A DNA stretch of 64,000 nt from an uncultured virus (IMG/VR IMGVR_UViG_3300028025_000094) (taxonomy: Duplodnaviria > Heunggongvirae > Uroviricota > Caudoviricetes), in the IMG/VR virus record IMGVR_UViG_3300028025_000094. One strand, given 5' to 3'. The notes under the pieces were generated by a model that had not been told where the DNA came from, made no database searches, and saw only the letters and a program-made list of their open reading frames with translations. Positions 48,607-57,963 of the stretch are shown in pieces. The number at the start of each line of letters is the position of its first letter. Within the stretch, counting starts at the first letter, position 1. The position numbers were made by a program, and so were the translations under genes.

Positions 48607-49195
48607 TCCATACAGAATAGTTGAGATGTTCGAAGAAGAGATTGCAGAATATGCAGGATCTAAATATGCTATAGCAGTTGATAATTGCACTGATGCCATT
48701 TTTCTTTGCTGTGTCTATCATAAGGTTAGTGAAGTAACAATTCCTAAAAAAACGTACCTTTCGGTTCCCCAGGCAATCATGGCTGCAGGTGGTAAGGTAT
48801 TTTTTGATGATATTGAATGGAAGGGAATATATCAGCTTTCTCCGTACCCTATCTATGACGCTGCTAGAAGATTCACGTCAGAAATGTACATTAAAGATTC
48901 ATTCATGTGTCTTTCATTCCATCCTAAGAAACATCTTAAGCTTAGAAAGGGAGGTATGATTCTCACTGATGATAGGGAGGCAATGGAATGGCTTAAGAAA
49001 GCTAGACATGAAGGAAGATCTGCAATCCCATATACGATGGACAATATAAAATTCATGGGGTGGAACATGTATATGACTCCTCCTGATGCTGCAGAAGGTC
49101 TTTGGATGATGTCAGGAATAGCTAAAGAAAACCAGGACGGCCAAGAAGATTATCCAGATCTGACAATAAACGATCTCTTCAAATTAAATAAATAA
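48596..49195 (+). CDS. Shortened DegT/DnrJ PLP aminotransferase
   Basis: FEEEIAEYAG..AVDNCTDA, YDAA, SFHPKKHL..GGMILT; only 199 aa. Confidence 0.78.
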   Translation: MKHNPYRIVEMFEEEIAEYAGSKYAIAVDNCTDAIFLCCVYHKVSEVTIPKKTYLSVPQAIMAAGGKVFFDDIEWKGIYQLSPYPIYDAARRFTSEMYIKDSFMCLSFHPKKHLKLRKGGMILTDDREAMEWLKKARHEGRSAIPYTMDNIKFMGWNMYMTPPDAAEGLWMMSGIAKENQDGQEDYPDLTINDLFKLNK

Positions 49196-49199
49196 ATAA

Positions 49200-49766
49200 A
49201 TGCTTCATATAGTTACCCCCCTTTATAGATATGAGACACTTCATATGGTTTATGCTTCGATACCAAAGAATGAAGATATCACTTGGCACATAGCAAGATC
49301 GTCCAGAAGAGATCCGGGCGAATCCCTTGACTTTATTAAGAGCGATAAAAGAATCAGATATTACGAATTAGATTGTCCGGATACTGATACCGCAACTAAA
49401 AGAAATACATGCTTTGCAGAAATAAGTGATGGATATTTTTGCTTTATAGATGATGATACTGAATTTCATCCTGCTATGTACTCAACATATATTGAATGCT
49501 CATCTTCGAATTTTATCGGGATGATGACGGGGAATCAATTATCCAAGAGCGGGGTAATAAGAGTAAAAGCAGGTCCCCCGAGACATGGAGGGATTGATAC
49601 AGGAAATGTACTAGCGCACCATTCATGTCTTAGAGAATGTAAGTGGCCAGAAAAAATTCCAGGGGCACTTCCCAGTGATTGTTTATTTTGGAAAGATGTT
49701 CATTCTTTTTATAAAGAATATAAAACTACAGATCTTGTGATTTCCGTTTATAACTCTCTGAAATAG
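49200..49766 (+). CDS. GT-A fold glycosyltransferase-like protein
   Basis: IVTP, KRN, FCFIDDD, IDTG, SDCLF. Confidence 0.7.
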   Translation: MLHIVTPLYRYETLHMVYASIPKNEDITWHIARSSRRDPGESLDFIKSDKRIRYYELDCPDTDTATKRNTCFAEISDGYFCFIDDDTEFHPAMYSTYIECSSSNFIGMMTGNQLSKSGVIRVKAGPPRHGGIDTGNVLAHHSCLRECKWPEKIPGALPSDCLFWKDVHSFYKEYKTTDLVISVYNSLK

Positions 49767-50047
49767 AGATAATTCCCCCTCCACATTTTATATTCGCGGG
49801 ATTACGCCATACATTTGGCTTATTAAATTAACATCAGTCTCTCAAAAAATTATTACGATGTGATAACAATGAGAGTTATATGATGCTTAAATATAATTTC
49901 GCTCGTTCTTTAAATTACCAATTAGCAAGTCCTATCCCAAGCGAGGTAGGCATTTTTATAAATTGTTTTACCTATAAAAATATAAAGGGATAGATAACAA
50001 CCCAGCCCATTAAAAAATGTGCTGGCCAATTTTAATAATGGGAGAAT

Positions 50048-50539
50048 ATGAAATCAAAAATAACAATATTATCTTTACTCTTATTTTTTACTTTTCTACC
50101 TCAGATAAAATCTAAGGGGGTAAATAGTAAATTGGAGCAGCCAAAGGTATCCTTAGGAATAAGCTATCTGAGATTATATGAGCAAATTATTAAAGCAGGA
50201 GTTAAATTCCCTGAGATTGTATTTGCCCAAGCCGTATTGGAAAGTGCACATTTCAAATCACCTCTTTTTGAGAGAGGAAATAATCTCTTTGGTATGCAAT
50301 ATCCAAAAAAGAGAGAAACCACGGCCATCAGTAGTACTAATGGATATTCTAGATATGAAAATTGGCATGAGAGTGTTTATGATTATAAGCTCTGGCAGGA
50401 TTTTCTTTTTGACAAAAGAGGAGAATTAACACAAGATGAATATTTTGCATATTTGAATAGATGGTATGCAGAGGATAAAAAATATGTAGCTAAGGTGAAG
50501 AATAAAATAAAAGAGTTTTCTTTTATGTTCGGTTCTTAA
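50048..50539 (+). CDS. GH73 glucosaminidase/muramidase with signal anchor
   Basis: AQAVLESAHF, NNLFGM, YAEDKKY. Confidence 0.85.
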   Translation: MKSKITILSLLLFFTFLPQIKSKGVNSKLEQPKVSLGISYLRLYEQIIKAGVKFPEIVFAQAVLESAHFKSPLFERGNNLFGMQYPKKRETTAISSTNGYSRYENWHESVYDYKLWQDFLFDKRGELTQDEYFAYLNRWYAEDKKYVAKVKNKIKEFSFMFGS

Positions 50540-50955
50540 ATAGTGATACCCTCCCACTTAGAGCAATCCCTTTCAATCACATATAAATTCTTGGGTACAC
50601 AGGAAAGGTCCAGATTCATCGAACTTCCAACAGTCTTCATAAATGCATATCTGGTTACCTCCTTTGTTCTATCACTTAGCTGATTGAAATAAACTGCAGT
50701 ATATCTGTTGCTTGATATTCCATTCTCTAGACTGATGTCTATCGTAATACGGGAATAGCTTTTTAGATTCTTGCAATTTCTATTCGGTATTTTACCTGGT
50801 ACGGGACTTAAATAGGATCGATTGTACATAAGTATAAATCCCTCCTTCCGATCTACATAATCCAGATCCTCTATATCTCCTATGTGTCTATGTGAATGCC
50901 CTGCCATATACTCCAAAAGTAAGTAATTTTTTTCTCCTGCCATATATAATGACAC
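50536..50955 (-). CDS. Hypothetical protein (start uncertain)
   Basis: Only long ORF filling the interval. Confidence 0.4.
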   Translation of the reverse strand: MSLYMAGEKNYLLLEYMAGHSHRHIGDIEDLDYVDRKEGFILMYNRSYLSPVPGKIPNRNCKNLKSYSRITIDISLENGISSNRYTAVYFNQLSDRTKEVTRYAFMKTVGSSMNLDLSCVPKNLYVIERDCSKWEGITI

Positions 50956-50993
50956 ATTTTATTATTCCGCTTACTATCGATAAATTTATATCA

Positions 50994-51377
50994 ATGAAAA
51001 ACAACACACTAGGACTTAAATTTAAAGTACCCAATTTCGATTTAGAATGGGAAGAAGCCATTAGGTATCCAGAATTTGAAGACATGGGTAAGGAAAAATG
51101 GCTAGAGCTAGCTTCTGGCGGGTATCTAATAAAATACTCAGAGATCAAGGGAATGTTGGGAAATGTTGACTTGGACTTTGACTCCCTAGAGGTCCAAAAG
51201 AAATTCCGTTTCCAAAGGGCAATAAGAGAGGGCAGGGTAGAATTATCTATTGTGGTTAAATTTAGCGACCAGTACTATGATCTGATGTCAGGCAATACCA
51301 GATTGGCGGGATTGGTTAGAATGGGTATAGATCCTCCTTTATGGGTTATACCTGCACCCGACACTTATTATAAATAA
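50994..51377 (+). CDS. ParB/Srx-like domain protein
   Basis: IVVK..YYDLMSGNTRLA. Confidence 0.55.
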   Translation: MKNNTLGLKFKVPNFDLEWEEAIRYPEFEDMGKEKWLELASGGYLIKYSEIKGMLGNVDLDFDSLEVQKKFRFQRAIREGRVELSIVVKFSDQYYDLMSGNTRLAGLVRMGIDPPLWVIPAPDTYYK

Positions 51378-51427
51378 GATGTACAGATGACGTAATTTTT
51401 ATCACTTTAGATTCTATAAAAAAGACT

Positions 51428-51727
51428 ATGAAAGGAACAATACGCAAGGACCAGGAAAAAGGATGGACGATTAAATTTGAAGAATCCGAATTGCCTCTTC
51501 ATCCGGATGATGTTGATGAAATTAACGGATGGGATAAGATCTTTGATAACGTGGAAGCTAGAATACTATCCCAGCCTGAATGTGACTTCGAGATAGTAAC
51601 TGGTTTTAATAGTAGTGGTCCAGAACACTTTCCGGATTACGCAAAGTTCATAAAAGAGGAAGACGAGGATGATTTTAGTGATCTTGACGCAACACTGATG
51701 GATGGTATAGAAGAAGATTCAGAATAA
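51428..51727 (+). CDS. Hypothetical acidic protein
   Basis: LPLHPDD; DLDATLMDGIE tail. Confidence 0.55.
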   Translation: MKGTIRKDQEKGWTIKFEESELPLHPDDVDEINGWDKIFDNVEARILSQPECDFEIVTGFNSSGPEHFPDYAKFIKEEDEDDFSDLDATLMDGIEEDSE

Positions 51728-51739
51728 AAGAATAATTCA

Positions 51740-52612
51740 ATGAGGATATTTTTACTGGGTGATTCGTTCACAGATAACGTTTACCCACAATTACTTGAAA
51801 GTATAAAGAATGGTGATACCAGAGAGCATCGGAGTGGAACTTTAAAATACACAGAAAAGCTAAAGAATAAAAATTTACCGGATCCACTTCATTTTGAAGA
51901 TTACCTTAGAATGTGGGGTCATGATGTTATTAATTTTGGTTCTAATGGATGCACCAACTATGATATCTTTTACAAATTCGTTCGAATAGATTCCAAATTT
52001 AGAGAAGGCGATAGAATCATCATAAACTGGACCGGGATGAACAGATATAATTGGATAGGTAAAGCCGGAAATAGTATATCAATTAACGGCGGAAAGCCTG
52101 ATGATTATGAAACCAACCCCAAAACAAAAATTCTGTTTGACCAATATCTACACCGAATGGAAAGCAGCAAACCTGGTGGTTATCTATTTAATCATATGGC
52201 CCCTTTTGCAGAATATCTACTAAATCTTCATGAGAGGTATAAACCCATTATGTGGGTTCCTAGTGATTTTCCAAACGATGCTTTCAAAGAACAAAGATTC
52301 TACACCAACTGTCCATCTAACGAGGTCTTCAAAGAGATAATACCAGAATTTGATAAATTGAAAATCTCAGGCGAGACGGATATAGATGATAGCCATTACG
52401 GTAGATGGGGGAATTTCTATTGCGCTGTTATCTTTAATACAATTCTGGAATACACCAAAGATGCTGATCACGACGGATATTACACGAAGGATAGGGAACT
52501 ATCAAATAAAATAGAGCAAGCAATTCTAGAATCTAAGCCTGATATTACCCCCTTATACCCTAATCCCTTTATGAAAATATTAGATCGGCATTCCAAAAAA
52601 AATCTTATTTAG
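51740..52612 (+). CDS. SGNH/GDSL-like protein
   Basis: LLGDSFT, GSNGCTN, INWT..NR, DSHY. Confidence 0.65.
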   Translation: MRIFLLGDSFTDNVYPQLLESIKNGDTREHRSGTLKYTEKLKNKNLPDPLHFEDYLRMWGHDVINFGSNGCTNYDIFYKFVRIDSKFREGDRIIINWTGMNRYNWIGKAGNSISINGGKPDDYETNPKTKILFDQYLHRMESSKPGGYLFNHMAPFAEYLLNLHERYKPIMWVPSDFPNDAFKEQRFYTNCPSNEVFKEIIPEFDKLKISGETDIDDSHYGRWGNFYCAVIFNTILEYTKDADHDGYYTKDRELSNKIEQAILESKPDITPLYPNPFMKILDRHSKKNLI

Positions 52613-52728
52613 ATATTCATCAATAGATAAAGCCCTCTTCAAGAAAGGATCGCAAGAAAGATAGATATATAAATCAGATTAGCACAAAAAATGAAGGGAT
52701 TTGATACCCCAGATGTTTTTATATGCTT

Positions 52729-52740
52729 AATATATAAATA
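52729..52740 (+). promoter_or_regulatory. AATATATAAATA box, includes T4-late consensus TATAAATA
   Basis: 6 nt before ATG 52747; second GATATATA at 52664-52671. Confidence 0.55.
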
Positions 52741-52746
52741 AAAACG

Positions 52747-55026
52747 ATGAGAAGATTTCATAAGAGAATCCAAGAAGCTGAAGAATCCGGAGAGGAAATA
52801 GTACAAAAAGCATACGAAGTTTTTGGGGTGGATCTGACCCAATTGGCAAAAACCGGAAAATTAGAGCCAGTTATAGGAAGGGACAATGAGCTTGGACAGT
52901 TAATTTGGGTATTAGGCAGAAAAACAAAAAACAACCCAGTTGTAATCGGAGAACCTGGCGTGGGTAAGACAGCAGCAGTAGAAAAATTAGCACAAGTTAT
53001 AGCTGAAGGAAATTGTCCAGCGTTTTTAAGTGATAAAAAAATCATTTCTATTGACATAAATAAGGTCATAGCAGCTGGAGCTTTAGGAGCCCTTATTCAA
53101 GAGGTCGAAGAAGAAGGGCTAATCCTTTTCATGGACGAAATACACACCCTTAAAAAACCAGACCATTACGATGCTTTAAAACCTGCTTTAGCGAGAGGTA
53201 CTTTAAGCCTTATCGGTGCAACTACTTTAGGTGAATATAGGGAAAGCTTAGAAAAAGATGGAGCTATGGAAAGAAGGTTTCAGAAAGTATTCGTAGATGA
53301 ACCTAGTTTTTCAGAGTGTCTTGAAATATTAAATGGAATAAAGAACAAATATGCTCAGTTTCATAATGTTGAATACACTGATGAGGCAATAGTATCTTTT
53401 ATAAAACTTTCTCAAAGGTATATTACTGATAGATTTTTACCAGACAAAGCAATCGATTTAATGGATGAAACCGGGGCAAAAATTAGAATGTCCAGGACAA
53501 AAAATCCAAAAATAATTGAACTAGAGAAAAACCTTATTATAGCAATTGAAGATGTCAATAGACTTTCGAAAGAACAAAAATTTGAGGAATCTTATGAAGC
53601 TAATCTAGAGGTAAAAAGAATTCAGGATGAATTAAAAAATACTAGTACTGAAATTTCAGGAGAAACCCCTATTGTGATTACTAAAGAACTTGTTGAAGAG
53701 GTAGTTTCAAAGAAAACTAGAATCCCGATCGAAAAAGTTTCCAGAGACGAAAAACAATCTCTAAAGGGTTTACAAAATCGTTTAAAAGTTGCGGTGATTG
53801 GACAAGACCAAGCAATAGATGCTGTTACTAGAATTATCAAAAGAACCAAAGCAGGTCTAAAGGATCCAAATCGACCAGAAGGGGTATTTTTATTTCTTGG
53901 TCCTACTGGGGTTGGTAAAACATATCTAGTAAAGCAATTAGCTAAAGAGGTCTTCGGTGATCCTAACAGAATGTTTAGATTGGACATGAGTGAGTTTAGT
54001 GAACCGCATACTGTGTCTAGACTTTTTGGTTCTCCTCCAGGTTACGTTGGATATGGGGAAGGAACTCAATTCACAGAAAAAATTAGAAGAAATCCACACG
54101 CCATAGTTCTTCTTGATGAGTTAGAAAAAGCACATCCTAAGGTTTTACAGGCATGGCTTCAGGTTTTTGAAGATGGTCACATGACAGATGGCCAGGGGAG
54201 AAAGGTCGATTTTAGAAACACTATCATTATAATGACCTCTAATATTGGAGCCAAAGCCCAACAGTCTCAGCCCAAACCATTTGGGTTTGCTGCAGGCTCA
54301 GCTTCTTTCGACGAAGAAGCACAAAGAACCAAAGATTTCCAAGCTGAACTTAAAAAAGCTTTACCCCCGGAATTTATAAACAGAATAGATGAAATAATAA
54401 TTTTTAATGCTTTAGGAAAAGATTCCTTAATTAACATAGTGGATGGGGAAATGCAAAAGGTTGCCGATAAACTTAAGGAAAGAAATATCGAACTTACCTG
54501 GGGAAACTCCATTAAAGAATTACTTATTCAACAAGGATATGATAAGGAAATGGGAGCAAGGCCAATGAGAAGAGCAATTCAAAAATTTGTCGAGGACCCT
54601 ATTGCCAATGCAATTATAGAAGATGATATTGATATTGAAGACAAAATACACCTTGAGTATAATATCTCTACCCAAAAATTAATTATCAACGGTAATGAAG
54701 TTAGTGAAAAAAAATATAGTGGATTAAAAACTAAATATAAATTGTTTGAAAACAGGGAAAACTCTAATTATTCTAGAAAGGTTATGAAATTTGAATCTTT
54801 TTTTGGAGCAGAAACACAGCCAGGTACTAAACCGGTTACAACACCAGAGGAAGATCCGGATCCGGAACCTAAAAAACCGGTTAAACCTGTAAATCCAAAC
54901 GATCCTGTTACTGTACCATCTATAAATCCAGGGCCGAAAGCAGAGAAAAAGTTTTCTGAGATGGATGTTGTAAGAAGATTTGAGATGCTAAAAAGAAAAG
55001 AATCTGTTAAGAGATATGGAAAATAA
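52747..55026 (+). CDS. ClpC-like AAA+ unfoldase lacking the N-domain, with Pro-rich C-terminal extension
   Basis: GEPGVGKT and GPTGVGKT Walker A, FMDEIH/LLDELEKAH Walker B, GSPPGYVGY pore loop, UVR-like M domain, PFGF loop, GARPMRR. Confidence 0.92.
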   Translation: MRRFHKRIQEAEESGEEIVQKAYEVFGVDLTQLAKTGKLEPVIGRDNELGQLIWVLGRKTKNNPVVIGEPGVGKTAAVEKLAQVIAEGNCPAFLSDKKIISIDINKVIAAGALGALIQEVEEEGLILFMDEIHTLKKPDHYDALKPALARGTLSLIGATTLGEYRESLEKDGAMERRFQKVFVDEPSFSECLEILNGIKNKYAQFHNVEYTDEAIVSFIKLSQRYITDRFLPDKAIDLMDETGAKIRMSRTKNPKIIELEKNLIIAIEDVNRLSKEQKFEESYEANLEVKRIQDELKNTSTEISGETPIVITKELVEEVVSKKTRIPIEKVSRDEKQSLKGLQNRLKVAVIGQDQAIDAVTRIIKRTKAGLKDPNRPEGVFLFLGPTGVGKTYLVKQLAKEVFGDPNRMFRLDMSEFSEPHTVSRLFGSPPGYVGYGEGTQFTEKIRRNPHAIVLLDELEKAHPKVLQAWLQVFEDGHMTDGQGRKVDFRNTIIIMTSNIGAKAQQSQPKPFGFAAGSASFDEEAQRTKDFQAELKKALPPEFINRIDEIIIFNALGKDSLINIVDGEMQKVADKLKERNIELTWGNSIKELLIQQGYDKEMGARPMRRAIQKFVEDPIANAIIEDDIDIEDKIHLEYNISTQKLIINGNEVSEKKYSGLKTKYKLFENRENSNYSRKVMKFESFFGAETQPGTKPVTTPEEDPDPEPKKPVKPVNPNDPVTVPSINPGPKAEKKFSEMDVVRRFEMLKRKESVKRYGK

Positions 55027-56068
55027 AATGAATAGAATAGGAGACTTTAAGAATTTTTCAGAGGCTATGAGAACTAAGGATCTCTCTTCTATTCCTGGCA
55101 AAATCCCAGGTGAAGAAGATTATATAGCAAAAGTTACCGATAGAGCCAAAACAAGATTAGGAATAGAGAGAGCAAGAGAGGGAGATGCAGGAATGGCAAT
55201 CGGTCCTTTAATGCAAGAATTAAGTAGATCTACTTCATTGTCCCTTGGTTATGAGAAGGAATTAAGTCAACTTGCAGAGGAAGTAATTATAGGTTTATAT
55301 AAACCGATAATTGATGCTTATAATATTAAATTGGATATAGCAATAGACAGTGGAAACGGAATTAGAAGGATGATAGATAATGCATTTGCTGAACAGAAAC
55401 CTTTGGAACCTAATCCAAAATTATCACCAACAGTAAAAGCAAGAGGAGTTGATTTCAGTATGTTGATCCACGAAGCAGTAAAAGGGATTTGGGAAGTAAT
55501 GTCATTAGGATCCATTCCCAAAGATCCTGCACTTGCTCAAGCAATAGAATCCCAATTTGGTCTTAAAGATGAACCTGATGAGTGGAAATATGGTCCAGAG
55601 ATAGCAGCTGATCTTAGAGATTTTGTTAACCAAAACCCTAAGACAGACCAATACAAAAATGTAAGAGAAGAACTTTGGAAATACATGGTAAATCCAATAA
55701 ATTTACCAACCGATGAGTTTTTGTTACTGATGAAGGGTATTCTTTCTAATACAGAAGAAGCCAGAATAAAGGTAGATTTGATTATAGATAAACTTGTAAT
55801 AGACATTGAAAAGAGAGATCGATATGCCAGGGACTTAGCAAAATATAATTTTGAGATGGCTGAGTATGAAAGAAAGATGGAAGAATGGAATAGAAGAAAC
55901 AAAGCCGCTGACCAATTCAAGACCCCAAGCATTAACATAAAGAAAGATGTCGAAATAGAAGGCGACTACAGTCAAATGTCACAGAAAAGATTATCAGATG
56001 AATTATCACAAGCTTTAGATGCTAGAGATTTTGATAAGGTAAAGATTATTTCTCAATATATAAAATAG
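55016..56068 (+). CDS. Conserved phage protein with C-terminal UVR-like helix pair
   Basis: ARGVDFSMLIHEAVKG; ends LSQALDARDFDKVKIISQYI; overlaps Clp ATPase stop. Confidence 0.55.
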   Translation: MENKMNRIGDFKNFSEAMRTKDLSSIPGKIPGEEDYIAKVTDRAKTRLGIERAREGDAGMAIGPLMQELSRSTSLSLGYEKELSQLAEEVIIGLYKPIIDAYNIKLDIAIDSGNGIRRMIDNAFAEQKPLEPNPKLSPTVKARGVDFSMLIHEAVKGIWEVMSLGSIPKDPALAQAIESQFGLKDEPDEWKYGPEIAADLRDFVNQNPKTDQYKNVREELWKYMVNPINLPTDEFLLLMKGILSNTEEARIKVDLIIDKLVIDIEKRDRYARDLAKYNFEMAEYERKMEEWNRRNKAADQFKTPSINIKKDVEIEGDYSQMSQKRLSDELSQALDARDFDKVKIISQYIK

Positions 56069-56072
56069 GGAC

Positions 56073-56348
56073 ATGGAAAATATTAAAGAAGTAGAAAAAA
56101 GAAAACTCATTAACCTAATTATACAGGGAGAAGCTAAGAATACCAAGCATATTCTTCAAATGCCAGAAGTGAGAGATGGTTTAAAAGGTATATTAGGAGA
56201 TCAAAAGGGTGAAGAACTATTTAGATCTCTTAGCAACTTATCCATGGCAGCAGATAGATTAGACTGGCTAGAAAATCCAGAAAGAAGAGGTGCTATGATG
56301 CAAACCGGTAGTAGTTTTGGAGGAGCGGTAAATATCGAATGGTCTTAA
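56073..56348 (+). CDS. Hypothetical protein, third gene of Clp operon
   Basis: EKRKLINLIIQGEAK...LDWL. Confidence 0.55.
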   Translation: MENIKEVEKRKLINLIIQGEAKNTKHILQMPEVRDGLKGILGDQKGEELFRSLSNLSMAADRLDWLENPERRGAMMQTGSSFGGAVNIEWS

Positions 56349-56370
56349 ACCTGAAATATATTCAGCATCG

Positions 56371-57930
56371 TTAGGAATCTACCATTTGTTTAACCTTATC
56401 TAATATCAAATCCTTATTATTAAGTATTTTTTGGGTTTTTGCTATAATTGGATCACTTTCACCCCCCTGTTTTAGTACGTTTTGTTGAAGTCTTTCTACC
56501 TGATCAAATATTTCTTGCGTTGATTGATAGATTTTATTCATATTCTCCTTACTAACAAAAGGTCTTACGATGTCACTAAAAACACCAAGAACAGAAAGAG
56601 AGAAAATACCGTTTTCCCTAAAGAATTCGTAAATTTCTTCCTCAGAAATAATTCCACCGCTCTTAAAAATATCGGTTACTACTCCTACAATTTCTATCCA
56701 TTCTTGTTCTGGAATATCCCCTTGAATATTTTTACTCGAAAGACCAAAAAGAGATGATAGGATATTTTCTTTACCCGACATAGTAACACTTTTACCTCTT
56801 ACGCTCTTTCCTAAAATCTTTTCTAATATTTGCTTGATTTGGATCTCTGAATTTAATCTGCCTATTATTTCTTGAACCATAATTTTTGGATAGCCCAATG
56901 ATAAAAAATGCTCCTCCGGATTTCTAGACCACATAATATGTTTATCATTAAGATCATGAGATGTAGTTACATCTCCATCATAATCTATGGTAGTACCTGT
57001 TAGAAACATTGCATCTGCTGCGGATAAGCTGTAATTAAATATATTAACTTGAATTGCATTTTTAGTATAATCATTCCATGATCCCCTATTAATACACCAG
57101 TTAGCTATACTACAAAGCTTTTCCTGTGCTCTTCTGTTTCTTAAACTTAAAGCAAGATATGGAGATTTAAAATATAGGATTCCTGCTTCTGGACTAAGAT
57201 TTTTGACGTCTTCAATTTTTTTATCCATACCAACAGTATTGTACCCGCCAACGTATTCTGTAATGTAATCTATTATTTTCTGGATTGGGTAATTCTCCAT
57301 CGCTTTTATCTTATCTAAAAGTCTACGGGTAATAGTTCTTTTGTCGTCGTCTTTGTCTAGCTGATCTAAGACATTGGCTAGATTGTAAAGTTCCTGCTGA
57401 TCTCCTGGAGTGAGATTTCTAAATTCATTTCTTGGATTAACCGGGAGATTATCCACCAGCCATTTGGCGGAAAGGTTTCTTTCTAGAGTTCGAATAGCAT
57501 CGGTTAAACGTTCAAACCCAGATATAGTTGAAACTGCTGGGTCTTCATTTGCATATTCTTCGATTGTTTTTGGAAGGCGTGAAATAAGACTTTGCCTTTC
57601 TTTAAGCCACCGCATAAGCCCAAATAAATTCCTAATCTGTCCGTCGGCATTTAAGTTTGTACCCTGACCCACTGTAATTCCCTGATCAAAACGGAATCTT
57701 ACGAATGGATAGGTATATCCTGGATTTTTTTTAGTTAGCTCTAAAACTTCTTTATAGTTCCTATCATCAAATGCTTTTTGAATTTCCTCTGGTGTTAATT
57801 CCTCCTTGGATTTTCTATAAATTCTTTCAGCATAATATTTTTGAATGAAGGATTTAGCAGCCTGAACATTTTCGTTTAGGATAATTGATTCGCTATGTAA
57901 AGTAAATGTTTTAAAGGTATTCAGCCGCAT
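56371..57930 (-). CDS. Large leader-bearing phage protein
   Basis: MRLNTFKTF..ILNEN; ANWCIN motif; GATATATA box 57950-57957. Confidence 0.6.
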   Translation of the reverse strand: MRLNTFKTFTLHSESIILNENVQAAKSFIQKYYAERIYRKSKEELTPEEIQKAFDDRNYKEVLELTKKNPGYTYPFVRFRFDQGITVGQGTNLNADGQIRNLFGLMRWLKERQSLISRLPKTIEEYANEDPAVSTISGFERLTDAIRTLERNLSAKWLVDNLPVNPRNEFRNLTPGDQQELYNLANVLDQLDKDDDKRTITRRLLDKIKAMENYPIQKIIDYITEYVGGYNTVGMDKKIEDVKNLSPEAGILYFKSPYLALSLRNRRAQEKLCSIANWCINRGSWNDYTKNAIQVNIFNYSLSAADAMFLTGTTIDYDGDVTTSHDLNDKHIMWSRNPEEHFLSLGYPKIMVQEIIGRLNSEIQIKQILEKILGKSVRGKSVTMSGKENILSSLFGLSSKNIQGDIPEQEWIEIVGVVTDIFKSGGIISEEEIYEFFRENGIFSLSVLGVFSDIVRPFVSKENMNKIYQSTQEIFDQVERLQQNVLKQGGESDPIIAKTQKILNNKDLILDKVKQMVDS

Positions 57931-57963
57931 TTTCTATAAAATATTCATTTATATATCTTATTT

